Part shown: positions 51,143-60,088 of the stretch, one piece after another
Position numbering within the stretch: the first letter of the stretch is position 1
How the letters are laid out: every line of letters starts with the position of its first letter
Source: an uncultured delta proteobacterium
Lineage (GTDB): Bacteria > Myxococcota > Kuafuiibacteriia > Kuafuiibacteriales > Kuafuiibacteriaceae
NCBI GenBank assembly: GCA_963803435.1
Contig: CAWDML010000012.1
Location: 96,001-160,000, forward strand
Direction: 5' to 3'
DNA: 64,000 bases
The notes under the pieces: model-generated
Database searches by the model: none
Seen by the model: the letters and a program-made list of their open reading frames with translations, nothing else
What the model was told of the DNA's origin: nothing
Translations under genes and position numbers: made by a program

Positions 51143-52269
51143 GAGCGATCGGCTTGGCGCTCGCGTCCCTCCTGTTCGCATCCAACGCCGGCGCGGAGGA
51201 GCTCGAGCGGAACTTCGCCGGCTCGGCCCAGCTCGACTACCTGGCCGTGCCAAGCACGCTCAAGGCGCGCGGCTTCTCCTTCGACGGCTTCACCACCGAG
51301 CTCGCGGTCAAGCTGGCGGTGGACTTCACCGAGCATTTCTCGGCCAACATCAAGATCTGCTACGGCTGCCACGGGTTCGAGACCGACATGGCCTTCGTCG
51401 ATCTGCGGATCGTGGATCAGCTCAACTTCCGCGTCGGCCGCATGAACCCGGCCTTCGGAGACTTCCTGCTCCGCCACGATCCCGCGAATCACCGCGCCAA
51501 CTCCAAACCGCTCCCCTACGACATGGGGCGCATGCTGCACCGCCAGGAGTGGAACATGAGCATCCTGCCCGCGCCGTACGTGGACAACGGGCTCGAGCTC
51601 AACGGCACCCAATGGTTCGGGGACGACGTCCAGGTCGACTATGCCGCCTATGTCGTCAGCGGGCTCAAGGGCGGCAACGACGCCCTCGACTTCGACTACA
51701 CCCAGTCCCGCTCAGGCTCGCTCTACTACGTCGACAACAACTCCGAGCCCGCCTTCGGCGGCCGGATTGCCGTCACCGCCAACTTCTCCGAGTACGTGAG
51801 CGGAACGCTGGGCGCGTCGATCATGTACGGACACTACGACCCGTCCGGAGACCTCGAGTATCACATCGCCGGCGCCGACCTCTACCTCCGCTTCGACGAG
51901 CTGGCCATCCGCGGCGAGTATCTGATCCGGCGCACCGAGTTCGCCGTCGGCAGTGATCCGGAGCAGCGCTTCCGCTACGAGTTCGACCCGCGCGACAACT
52001 TCTTCGTCAAGGACGGCTTCTACGCCGAGGCCGAGTACCCGTTCACCGAATGGCTCGAGGTGTTCTATCGCCTCGACGGCATGCGCCGCGTCGGCAACGT
52101 CCCCAATACCTCGGCGCTTCGGAGCCGGAGCGCGATCCTGCGCAACACCCTCGGCGTGAACCTGGTGGTCGAGCGCGGCTTGCGCATCAAGCTCTCGGCC
52201 GAGTACTGGGACTTCACGGACTTCGAGGACGACATTGCCCTCCACGCGGGCGTCACGGCCAACTTCTGA
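51139..52269 (+). CDS. Putative outer-membrane beta-barrel (porin-like) protein containing CxxCH
   Basis: Signal peptide ending AGA, alternating amphipathic aromatic-rich strands (LNFRVGR, AFGGRI, IRGEY, GFYAEAEY, IKLSAEY), C-terminal Phe (GVTANF) and CYGCH. Confidence 0.8.
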   Translation: MRAIGLALASLLFASNAGAEELERNFAGSAQLDYLAVPSTLKARGFSFDGFTTELAVKLAVDFTEHFSANIKICYGCHGFETDMAFVDLRIVDQLNFRVGRMNPAFGDFLLRHDPANHRANSKPLPYDMGRMLHRQEWNMSILPAPYVDNGLELNGTQWFGDDVQVDYAAYVVSGLKGGNDALDFDYTQSRSGSLYYVDNNSEPAFGGRIAVTANFSEYVSGTLGASIMYGHYDPSGDLEYHIAGADLYLRFDELAIRGEYLIRRTEFAVGSDPEQRFRYEFDPRDNFFVKDGFYAEAEYPFTEWLEVFYRLDGMRRVGNVPNTSALRSRSAILRNTLGVNLVVERGLRIKLSAEYWDFTDFEDDIALHAGVTANF

Positions 52270-53300
52270 TGCTGGCCGAGGTCGCCAAGCGACGACTCAA
52301 CGTCCTCACCGATCGGCTGTTCACGGTCCCGGTGCTGGTGCTGATGCCGCACAGCCGCTGCAACGCACGCTGTCTGATGTGCGACATCTGGAAGGCCAAC
52401 GAGCGGAAGGTGGAGCTGACGGCCGCCGACCTCGCGCCCCACCTGGAAGAGATGCGCGCGCTCGGCGTTCAGCGCCTGGTCTTCTCCGGCGGTGAGGCGC
52501 TGATGCACACCGACCTGTTCGTGCTCACCGAGATGCTGGCGGCGCTCGGAGTCCGGATGACGCTCCTGTCGACCGGCCTCACGCTCGAGCGCCACGCCGA
52601 GGCCGTCGCGCACTGGTTCGACGAGGTCACCCTCTCCCTCGACGGCCCCCCCGAGGTCCACGATCGGATCCGAAACGTTCCCCGCGCCTACGAGCGCCTC
52701 GCCGCCGGCGCCCGCGCCGCCAAAGCCGCAGGTGTCCAAAGGATCACCGGGCGGTCCGTGGTGCAGCGCGACAACTTCCGCTTCCTCGAGGAGACGATCG
52801 CGGCCGCCCGCGCCGCCGGCCTCGACCAGATCTCCTTCCTCCCGGTCGACGTCTCCAGCGAAGCCTTCAACCGCCCGGGGGGCTGGACACACGATCGCGC
52901 ACAGACCACCATGCTGGAGCGCCACGAGGCCTTCGAGCTCCGCGATCGCATCGAGGACCTCATCGCGCGCCACGGCAGCGACCTGGCCCAAGGGTACATA
53001 GCAGAACCCGCGGATAAGCTTCGGGCCCTCGCCCAATACTTCCTCGCGCTCCACGGCGTGACGATCCACGCCGAGACGGTCTGTAACGCGCCCTGGATGT
53101 CCGCCGTGATCGAGGCCGACGGCACCGTCCGCCCCTGCTTTTTCCATCGATCGCTCGGGAACATCCGGACCGCGGCCCTTCCAGACATACTGAACGCACC
53201 CGAGGCGGTCCGGTTCCGGAGTAACCTCGACGTTCGTCGCGATCCGATCTGCCGTCGTTGCGTCTGCACCCTCTCCATCGGCCCGCGGACCGAAGTGTGA
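52269..53300 (+). CDS. Radical SAM protein with a SPASM/Twitch domain
   Basis: TGATG overlap with the porin stop. CNARCLMC, FSGGEAL, SLDG..EVHDRIR, CNAPW...ADG.VRPC and CRRCVC. Confidence 0.92.
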   Translation: MLAEVAKRRLNVLTDRLFTVPVLVLMPHSRCNARCLMCDIWKANERKVELTAADLAPHLEEMRALGVQRLVFSGGEALMHTDLFVLTEMLAALGVRMTLLSTGLTLERHAEAVAHWFDEVTLSLDGPPEVHDRIRNVPRAYERLAAGARAAKAAGVQRITGRSVVQRDNFRFLEETIAAARAAGLDQISFLPVDVSSEAFNRPGGWTHDRAQTTMLERHEAFELRDRIEDLIARHGSDLAQGYIAEPADKLRALAQYFLALHGVTIHAETVCNAPWMSAVIEADGTVRPCFFHRSLGNIRTAALPDILNAPEAVRFRSNLDVRRDPICRRCVCTLSIGPRTEV

Positions 53301-53313
53301 TAGACATTCGGGG

Positions 53314-54360
53314 TTGGCTTCGGCGCGATCCCGGACGACGTTCGCGATCAAGGCCGCGGTCGCCGTCGCGATCTCCGCGCTCACCTTGTGGTGGGCGTTC
53401 CACGACGTCGACCTCGAGCACGTGCGCAACAACCTCGGCCACACCACCGCCGGCGTACTGCTCCTCTACGTGGTGGCGCAGTGCGTGATGCACTTGTCCC
53501 GGGTGATCCGGTTCGGGTTGCTGGTCAAGCCGCTCGGCGATGCCAGCAACCGATCGATCTTCGCCGCCGTCAGCATCGGAATCCCCGCCTCATTCTTCTT
53601 TCCCCTCCGCCTCGGTGAGCTGGTCCGACCCGCGATGCTGGCGCGGAGCGGGATCCCGTTCGCCGGATCGATGGCGGCGGTCGCGGTCGAGCGGATCGCC
53701 GATGGCCTGTTCAACGTGGGCATCTTCTTCCTGCTCCTCGGGACGCTCCCCTCGGAGACGATCAAGCCCGAGATCCGCCACCTCTCGCAGATCGCGCTGG
53801 TCGGGTTCGGTGGCGGAATGATCTTTCTGGTCGCCGCCTACTTCGCTCGCGGTCCGGTGCTCGCTGGGCTGAGGATGGTCGTCTCTCCGCTCAGCCGCGG
53901 CCTCGCCGACAAGCTGGTCGGCCTCACCAGCACCTTCATCGACGGACTCTCCGCGCTCGGCACCACGACCCGCTTCCTCAGCTTCGTCGCCTTGACCGCC
54001 TTCTTCTGGATCCTCAACGGCGCCGCCACCTGGATGCTCGCCAACAGCTACATCGGCGACCTCCCCCTCTCCTCCGGGGTGTTCGCGATCTGCTGCACCG
54101 TGTTCGCCGTGATGATCCCAGCCGGTCCCGCGTTCGCCGGGACGATGGAGGCGGGCTTCCGGCTCGGCCTCACCCCGTACGGGGTCGACGCCTCCGAGGC
54201 GGCGGTCGTCGCCATCGCGGCCCACGCCCTTCACCTGGTGTTGATGGCGTCGTTCGCCGGTATCGGCATGCTGGCCGCCGAAGCCGCCCCTGCCACCAAG
54301 GACGCACCTCACTCCCCGACGTCGGCGCCGTTGCCCTCGAAGGACACGCCCACGACCTGA
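53314..54360 (+). CDS. Lysylphosphatidylglycerol-synthase TM region / flippase-like membrane protein (UPF0104)
   Basis: About eight TM segments, PLRLGELVR, VERIADG and IPAGPAFAGTME. Confidence 0.85.
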   Translation: MASARSRTTFAIKAAVAVAISALTLWWAFHDVDLEHVRNNLGHTTAGVLLLYVVAQCVMHLSRVIRFGLLVKPLGDASNRSIFAAVSIGIPASFFFPLRLGELVRPAMLARSGIPFAGSMAAVAVERIADGLFNVGIFFLLLGTLPSETIKPEIRHLSQIALVGFGGGMIFLVAAYFARGPVLAGLRMVVSPLSRGLADKLVGLTSTFIDGLSALGTTTRFLSFVALTAFFWILNGAATWMLANSYIGDLPLSSGVFAICCTVFAVMIPAGPAFAGTMEAGFRLGLTPYGVDASEAAVVAIAAHALHLVLMASFAGIGMLAAEAAPATKDAPHSPTSAPLPSKDTPTT

Positions 54361-56901
54361 TCGGGCCGCGGCGCCTGTCCCAGCTCCAGCGCGACGTGAT
54401 TGTCGAGCAGGCGCCCGTCGACGAGCACCAGCCCCTGGTTGGCGCGGATCCCCACCTCGTTGCGCTCGAAGAGGAACCGCCGGACGAGCGCGTCCGAGTT
54501 CGTGATCTCGAGTCCGGTATCGCCGAAGCGACTCACCGAGAGATCGGTCGCCTCGAGCGTACAGCGCTGGAGGTTGAGGCCGATCGCGTCGCCGGAGCGG
54601 TCTCCGCCGTCAGCCCCGACGCGGGTCATCCGCACGGAGATGATGCTGTCATTGAAGAACTGCCCGCACTGGAACGGCTTGCCGCCGCCCGTCATGCGAA
54701 CGTCGGCCAGCTCGATGTCGGCGCCCGAGCGATCGATGTTGATCCCGGCGTCCCTGAGGTTCAGGAGCTCGACCCGCTCGGCCGAGAAGCGGGTCGGGAG
54801 GGCGGGCGCGTCCAGCCCGTCCCAGTTGATGAGGATCCCTCCGGCGATGTCATCGAACGTGGAGTCGTTGATCGCGGCGTCCCCGCCGCGGATGGCGAGC
54901 GGGAAGGCACCTCCGTCCATCCGCACGTGGGTCATCGTGACGTGCGCTCCCCGTCCTCCCTGCGCGTTGATGCCGCTCGAGACGCGCAGCATGGTGACGT
55001 CTTCGAGCGCGACGCTGGGCTCGAACTCGGCCGAGTTGACCGCGATGCTGACGCCCGCGATATCTCGGATCGCGACCCGCTCGGCGCGGAGGCTCGACTC
55101 CGCGACGCTGGCGGTCAACGAGATCGCGGCGCCCCCTCGGATATCGTGCAGCTCCGCGTCGGAGATCTCGAGCGCAGCGTCCAGGATCACCAGCGGGAGG
55201 GCGACGAACCCGCCGAGATCGGCGCGCGCGATCCGGATCGTGCTCTGGTCGGCGGCGTAGACCCCGCGCGGAGCGTCCCGCTCGGCGGCGATCGTCAGAT
55301 CCCCGACCGCGAACGTGCCCCTCCCGGCGGCGATCAGACCGGGGCCGACCGTCTCTCCGATCTCGACGCGAGAGAGACGAGAGACACCGCCGGCCAGCAG
55401 GATGCCCTCGGTCACCGGGTTGGCGCCGGGATGGAGGTTCAGGACGCTCACATCGCTGATCGTGCTCGAGGAGGTGATCACGATGAACCCGGGTTCTTCG
55501 CTGTCCTCGATCGACACGCGGCGACACTCGCCGTGACCCCAGAACCAGAGCGCGCCGCGGGTGGCGTCGTTCGGGTCGTCGGGGACGAGCGGGGGCGAGG
55601 CGACCCGGCGGATCACGATATCCTCGAGGAGATGGCTGCCCGCGTCCCCGGGCTGGGTCGACGCGAGGACGGCGCAGCGCTCCACGTCCTCGACCAGCAC
55701 GCCGTGGAGCTCCGCAGGCCCGAAGACGGTGATCGCGCCGGTGTTGGGCGAGCTCCCCGAGACGCCGTCGACGACCGCATCGGTGAGGATCAGCGGTCCA
55801 GTGACGTGCAGCGCGTACCCGTGGACGCCCTCGGCATGGAAGCGATCGAGCGACAGCGACCCGGTGACGTCGACGCCAATCGTGGAGCCGCGGACCGCCA
55901 GGTCGGAGGCGATCACGTCGCCGAGCGCGGAGATGGTGGCGAAGGCTTCGACGCCGTCCAGCGAGACCTCCGAACCGTCGACGCGGAGCCCCTCGCTGAG
56001 CCGAACGTCGTGGAGCTCGCTCCGATCGCCCAGGTGCACGTGGATGAGGTCGGTGGCCGTCACGCAGGCGCCGTGGATCGAGACCTGGTCGAGCAGCGGA
56101 TACGCGTCGAAGTCGTAGCTCCCGGACGCGAGCGCCAGCACGGTCCCCGCAGGGAGCGATGCGGGGAGGCGGTTCCTCGGCGACGCTTCCGTGCCGCCCC
56201 CGTCCACCGGCTCCGCGGAGATCGACGTAGATCGCGCCCGGCGAGAGACCCTGCGCAAAGCGGCCCACCGCCGGACACTCGCGGCCCACGGTCTCGCAGG
56301 TCGATCCTCCGTAGCGCTGCACCGCGCCCGGCCCGCACTCGAGGAGCCCCTCCGGCGCCCAGGCCGGCCGCTCGGGTGGCGCCGGTGGGCGCATCGGCGC
56401 GAGCGGCCCTCGATCCGGTGGCCGCGGCGGCTCGGGATCGTCGACGCTGCAGGGCGTCTCGCAGCTGAGCGCGCTCCGCACGCATCCTCCTGCGGCCCAG
56501 CAGCCGAAGAGCTCGAACGGGAGGCGTACGGAGGCGAGGTCGGGCGGGAGCGGCTCCTCCTTCCAGAGATCGAAGCCATGGGGCGTCCCCGGGCTCCACG
56601 CGATCGGCACCGGCAACGGACGCCCGCCGGTGAGCGTGTCGAGGCGCGTGATCCCCGGCGCAACGCCGATCTCTTCGAGCGAGCGATCGTAGGCGACCAG
56701 ATAGAGGCGCGCGTCCTTGGCGAGCGACAGCGGAACGCTCTCCCCGGGCCGGAGCCCGACCGCGATCGACGGCCGACCGTCCTCGATGGTGATCAGCACC
56801 AGCGAGGCGGCGCCCTCACGGGCCGGCAACGGCAGACGCTCGGCCGGAACGCAGGCGGTCCCCCAGAGCACGACCGCCGGCAGGCCGAGACGCCACCGCA
56901 C
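54309..56901 (-). CDS. Large lipoprotein with a right-handed beta-helix (pectin-lyase-like) repeat region; frameshift near 56215
   Basis: GTG 56901 gives MRWRLGLPAVVLWGTA-C, then a Cys/Pro-rich region up to AIYVD. It continues in ORF 54309..56663 (GTEASP...VLALASGSY) with many short beta-strand repeats (L.DV.V..V). Confidence 0.7.
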
Positions 56902-56902
56902 G

Positions 56903-57451
56903 TCAGCCGAGCGCCTCCGCGAGCCAGAGCCGCGCTTTGGTCCAGTCGCGCCGGATCGTGCGCACGGAGACCGCGAGGGCCTCCGCGATCTCGGGCTCAC
57001 GCATGCCGGCGAAGTAGCGCATCTCCACGATCTGAGCCATGCGCGCGTCCAGCTTCGCCAGCTCCTCGAGCGCCTCGTGCACGCGCAGGATCTCCTCCTC
57101 GGCGGCCGAGGCCCCGTCGACGTCGAACGTGAGGCTGACGTGCTCGGCGCCGGCACCCCGGCGCGCCGCGTTTCGCCGCCGCATGAAGTCCACGATCACG
57201 GTACGCATGACGCAGGCCGCGTGGCGCAGGAAGTGGACCCGATCCTGGAGCTCGCCGCCCTGGGCCTGCGCGAAGCGGAGATACCACTCGTTCACCAGGG
57301 CCGTGGTGTCGAGGATCGCGCGCCCGCCGCCGGCCCGCAGCCGCGCCCGCGCCAGGCGGCGGAGGTCGGCGTAGGTGGTCGCGAGGAGCCGGTCGGCGGC
57401 CGAGACATCCCCGCGCTGAGCGCGACGAATCAGGTCCGTCACCTCGTGCAC
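56903..57451 (-). CDS. ECF sigma factor of the TIGR02999/ECF43-like kinase-associated type
   Basis: EVTDLI...GD..AADRL...YADLRRLA, LDTTALVNE.YLR, MRTVIVD..R, VEMRYFAG, EIAEAL.VS.RTIRRDW.KARLWL. Confidence 0.9.
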   Translation of the reverse strand: MHEVTDLIRRAQRGDVSAADRLLATTYADLRRLARARLRAGGGRAILDTTALVNEWYLRFAQAQGGELQDRVHFLRHAACVMRTVIVDFMRRRNAARRGAGAEHVSLTFDVDGASAAEEEILRVHEALEELAKLDARMAQIVEMRYFAGMREPEIAEALAVSVRTIRRDWTKARLWLAEALG

Positions 57452-57544
57452 GCCCTGCCTATACCAGAGCGGGAAACCCCGGCAAATGCAGGCCGCCCGG
57501 GGTCGATGGCCCATTTCTCCCCCGCATTGCGTTGATGCCGGAGC

Positions 57545-58192
57545 GTGGGCTCCCATCTCGATCTCGAGCGCCTGGACGCGGCGGCGATCCAGGCGGCCGT
57601 CGAGCGCGCGCTGGCGGGGGACGCGGCCACCCTGGACGCGCTGACGCGGGCCCTCGCCCCGGTGGTCCAGGTTCGGGTGGCACGCGCGCTGCTCCGGCGC
57701 GCGGCGGGCGCCCGCGGTCGAAACCTGAGGGCGGACCTGGAGGATCTGGTGCAGGAGGTCTTCGCCGTCCTCTTCACGGGACGCGGCCGCGCGCTGCGCG
57801 CCTGGGATCCTTCGCGCGGTCTCTCGTTCCTGAACTTCATCGGCTTTCTCGCCGAGCGCGAGGTCGGCATGCTGATGCGCACCTCCAAGCGCAACCCTTG
57901 GACCGAAGATCCGACGCCGAGCGAGACCCTCCAGGCGATGCAGCCGCGGTCCGCGAGCCACCAGGCGCAGCTCGAGGCGCGCGACCTGCTCGAGGTGCTC
58001 TGCGACCGACTGCGGGAGCGGCTCACGCCCCAGGGCCGCCTCTACTTCCAGCGTCTCTACGTGGAGGAACGATCGATCGAGAGCGTCGCCAGCGAGGCCG
58101 GGACCACCTCGGGTGCGCTCTACGCCTGGCGCGCGCGGTTCAAGACGATGCTCCGCGAGCTCGAGGCCGAGATCAGCGGCGAAGGGCGTTGA
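57545..58192 (+). CDS. ECF-type sigma factor
   Basis: ALAGD..L, DLEDLVQEVF..LF, WDPSRG and a region-4-like SIESVA...TSGALYAWRAR. Confidence 0.8.
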   Translation: MGSHLDLERLDAAAIQAAVERALAGDAATLDALTRALAPVVQVRVARALLRRAAGARGRNLRADLEDLVQEVFAVLFTGRGRALRAWDPSRGLSFLNFIGFLAEREVGMLMRTSKRNPWTEDPTPSETLQAMQPRSASHQAQLEARDLLEVLCDRLRERLTPQGRLYFQRLYVEERSIESVASEAGTTSGALYAWRARFKTMLRELEAEISGEGR

Positions 58193-58250
58193 TCACTCGC
58201 ACTCGATCGGGCCGAGCGGGAGCGTCGGGGGCGCGTTGCTCGGTGCCCAC

Positions 58251-60029
58251 TCAGCGCACCGGCGCCTTCTCGCGCACGTGGATCGGCTGTGTCTGTCGAC
58301 TCGAGCAGGCGCGACCGCAGAGCTCGTCGGCGACCTCGCTGCTGAACGGGAACCAGCGGAGGTACTCGAAGTCCTCGGTCACCTTCGGATCGTGGATCTC
58401 CATCGCCTTGGCGTGCTCGCTGGCCTCGTCGAGGATACGGCGCGCCTCCTCGAGGTACTGGTCGAGCACCCACTCGGGTTCGGTCGCGTGTCGAGCGCGA
58501 TACTCGAGGCGGCCGTGGCTGTACTGGAGATCCGTCAGACGGAGCTTCGGATCCGGGTGGCCGTCCCGGTGGCGCCACTCTCCGGAGGCCGGGTTGAAGC
58601 CGTAGAACGGCAGCAGCCTCCAGCCTTCGTTCGCGATCAGGTGCACCGCCCTCAGGATGAACTGGAAGACCTGCTCCGAGATGAAGTAGTTGAAGTTCAC
58701 CCGCACCCAGCCGGGCTTGATCCCCTCGCTACCCTTGAGGATCTCGTTCTCGAACTGGCGGGAGGTGCTGATGTCGATGCCGAGCAACCGGTGACCGTAG
58801 GGACCGGCGCAGGAGCAGCCGCCGCGGGCCTGGATCCCCAGGAGGTCGTTGAGCACCGCCACCACGAAGTTGTGGTGCAGGTACTGCTGCCCGTGGCCCA
58901 CCACGAACGAGACGATCGAGAGACGCCACGCCTTCGGGTTGCCGAGGATGTGGATGTTCTGGTTGTCCTTCCAGCTCGCGATCGCCCGGGTGATGAAGTC
59001 CTCCTCCTTGGCCCGGATGGTGTCGCAGCCGACCGCCTCCTTGAGCTGGAAGACCATCCCGGCGCGGATCGACTCGATGATCGCCGGCGTCCCGCCCTCC
59101 TCCCGCATCTCGATGTCGTTGAGATAGCGGTGCTCGTTGGGGTTCACGTACATCACCGTCCCGCCGCCGGGCATCGAGGGGACCTGGTTCTTGAACAGGT
59201 GCTTCTTCGCCACCAGCACGCCGGGCGTTCCCGGGCCCCCGATGAACTTGTGGGGCGAGAGGAAGATCGCGTCCTTATAGATGAGCGTGCCGTCCTCCTG
59301 GTCGTCCTCCCAGTTCATGTCGATCTTCACGTAGGGCCCGGCCGCCGCGAAGTCCCAGAAGGAGAGCGCGCCGTAGCGGTGGAGCAGCGCCGCCACCGCG
59401 CGCGTCTGGCCCCCGATCCCCGTGACGTTGGAGGCCGCCGAGAAGCTCCCGATCTTGAGGTTGCGATCGCGGTAGCGCTCGAGCTCCTGCTCCAGCAGCG
59501 CCAGATCGATCAGGCCGTCCGGCGTCTCGCTGATCACGACCAGGTCGCAGATCGACTCGCGCCACGGCAGCTCGTTCGAGTGATGCTCGTAGGGTCCGAT
59601 GAACACCACCGGGCGCTCCTCCTCCGGGATGCGCTCGGAGAGGCGGTAGCGCTCGTCGAGGTTCTTGGGGACGCGCAGGTTCATCACGTCGATCAGCTTG
59701 TTGATCGCGCCGGTGGCCCCCGAGCCGCAGAAGATCAAGACGTCGCGATCGTCGGCGCCCACCGACTGCTTGATGATTCGCCGCGCGTCCTCGCGAAAAC
59801 GCGTCGTCTGGAGGCCGGTGCCGGAGGTCTCGGTGTGCGTGTTCGCATAGAGCGGCATCACCTCGTTCCGGATGAAGTCTTCGATGAACGTGAGCGAGCG
59901 CCCAGAGCCCGTGTAATCTGCGTAGGTGACCCGCCTGGGTCCGAACGGGCCCTCCAGCACCTCTCCGTCTCCGATGATCGAGTCTCGGATGGTCTCGAGG
60001 AGGCGCTCGCCGTCGTGAGAAACTGCCAC
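58251..60029 (-). CDS. PLP-dependent aminotransferase class V (cysteine desulfurase-like)
   Basis: YADYTGSGR, YANTHT, EHHSN, SAASNVTG, DFAAAGPY, SPHKF (PLP Lys), GTP, RGGCSCAGPY and PGWVR. The start is probably GTG 60029. Confidence 0.93.
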   Translation of the reverse strand: MAVSHDGERLLETIRDSIIGDGEVLEGPFGPRRVTYADYTGSGRSLTFIEDFIRNEVMPLYANTHTETSGTGLQTTRFREDARRIIKQSVGADDRDVLIFCGSGATGAINKLIDVMNLRVPKNLDERYRLSERIPEEERPVVFIGPYEHHSNELPWRESICDLVVISETPDGLIDLALLEQELERYRDRNLKIGSFSAASNVTGIGGQTRAVAALLHRYGALSFWDFAAAGPYVKIDMNWEDDQEDGTLIYKDAIFLSPHKFIGGPGTPGVLVAKKHLFKNQVPSMPGGGTVMYVNPNEHRYLNDIEMREEGGTPAIIESIRAGMVFQLKEAVGCDTIRAKEEDFITRAIASWKDNQNIHILGNPKAWRLSIVSFVVGHGQQYLHHNFVVAVLNDLLGIQARGGCSCAGPYGHRLLGIDISTSRQFENEILKGSEGIKPGWVRVNFNYFISEQVFQFILRAVHLIANEGWRLLPFYGFNPASGEWRHRDGHPDPKLRLTDLQYSHGRLEYRARHATEPEWVLDQYLEEARRILDEASEHAKAMEIHDPKVTEDFEYLRWFPFSSEVADELCGRACSSRQTQPIHVREKAPVR

Positions 60030-60088
60030 CTCTTTACTGTTTTCCTCTTGTTCACCGGTAATCAACCGTGGAGATTGCGGAAATCGCG

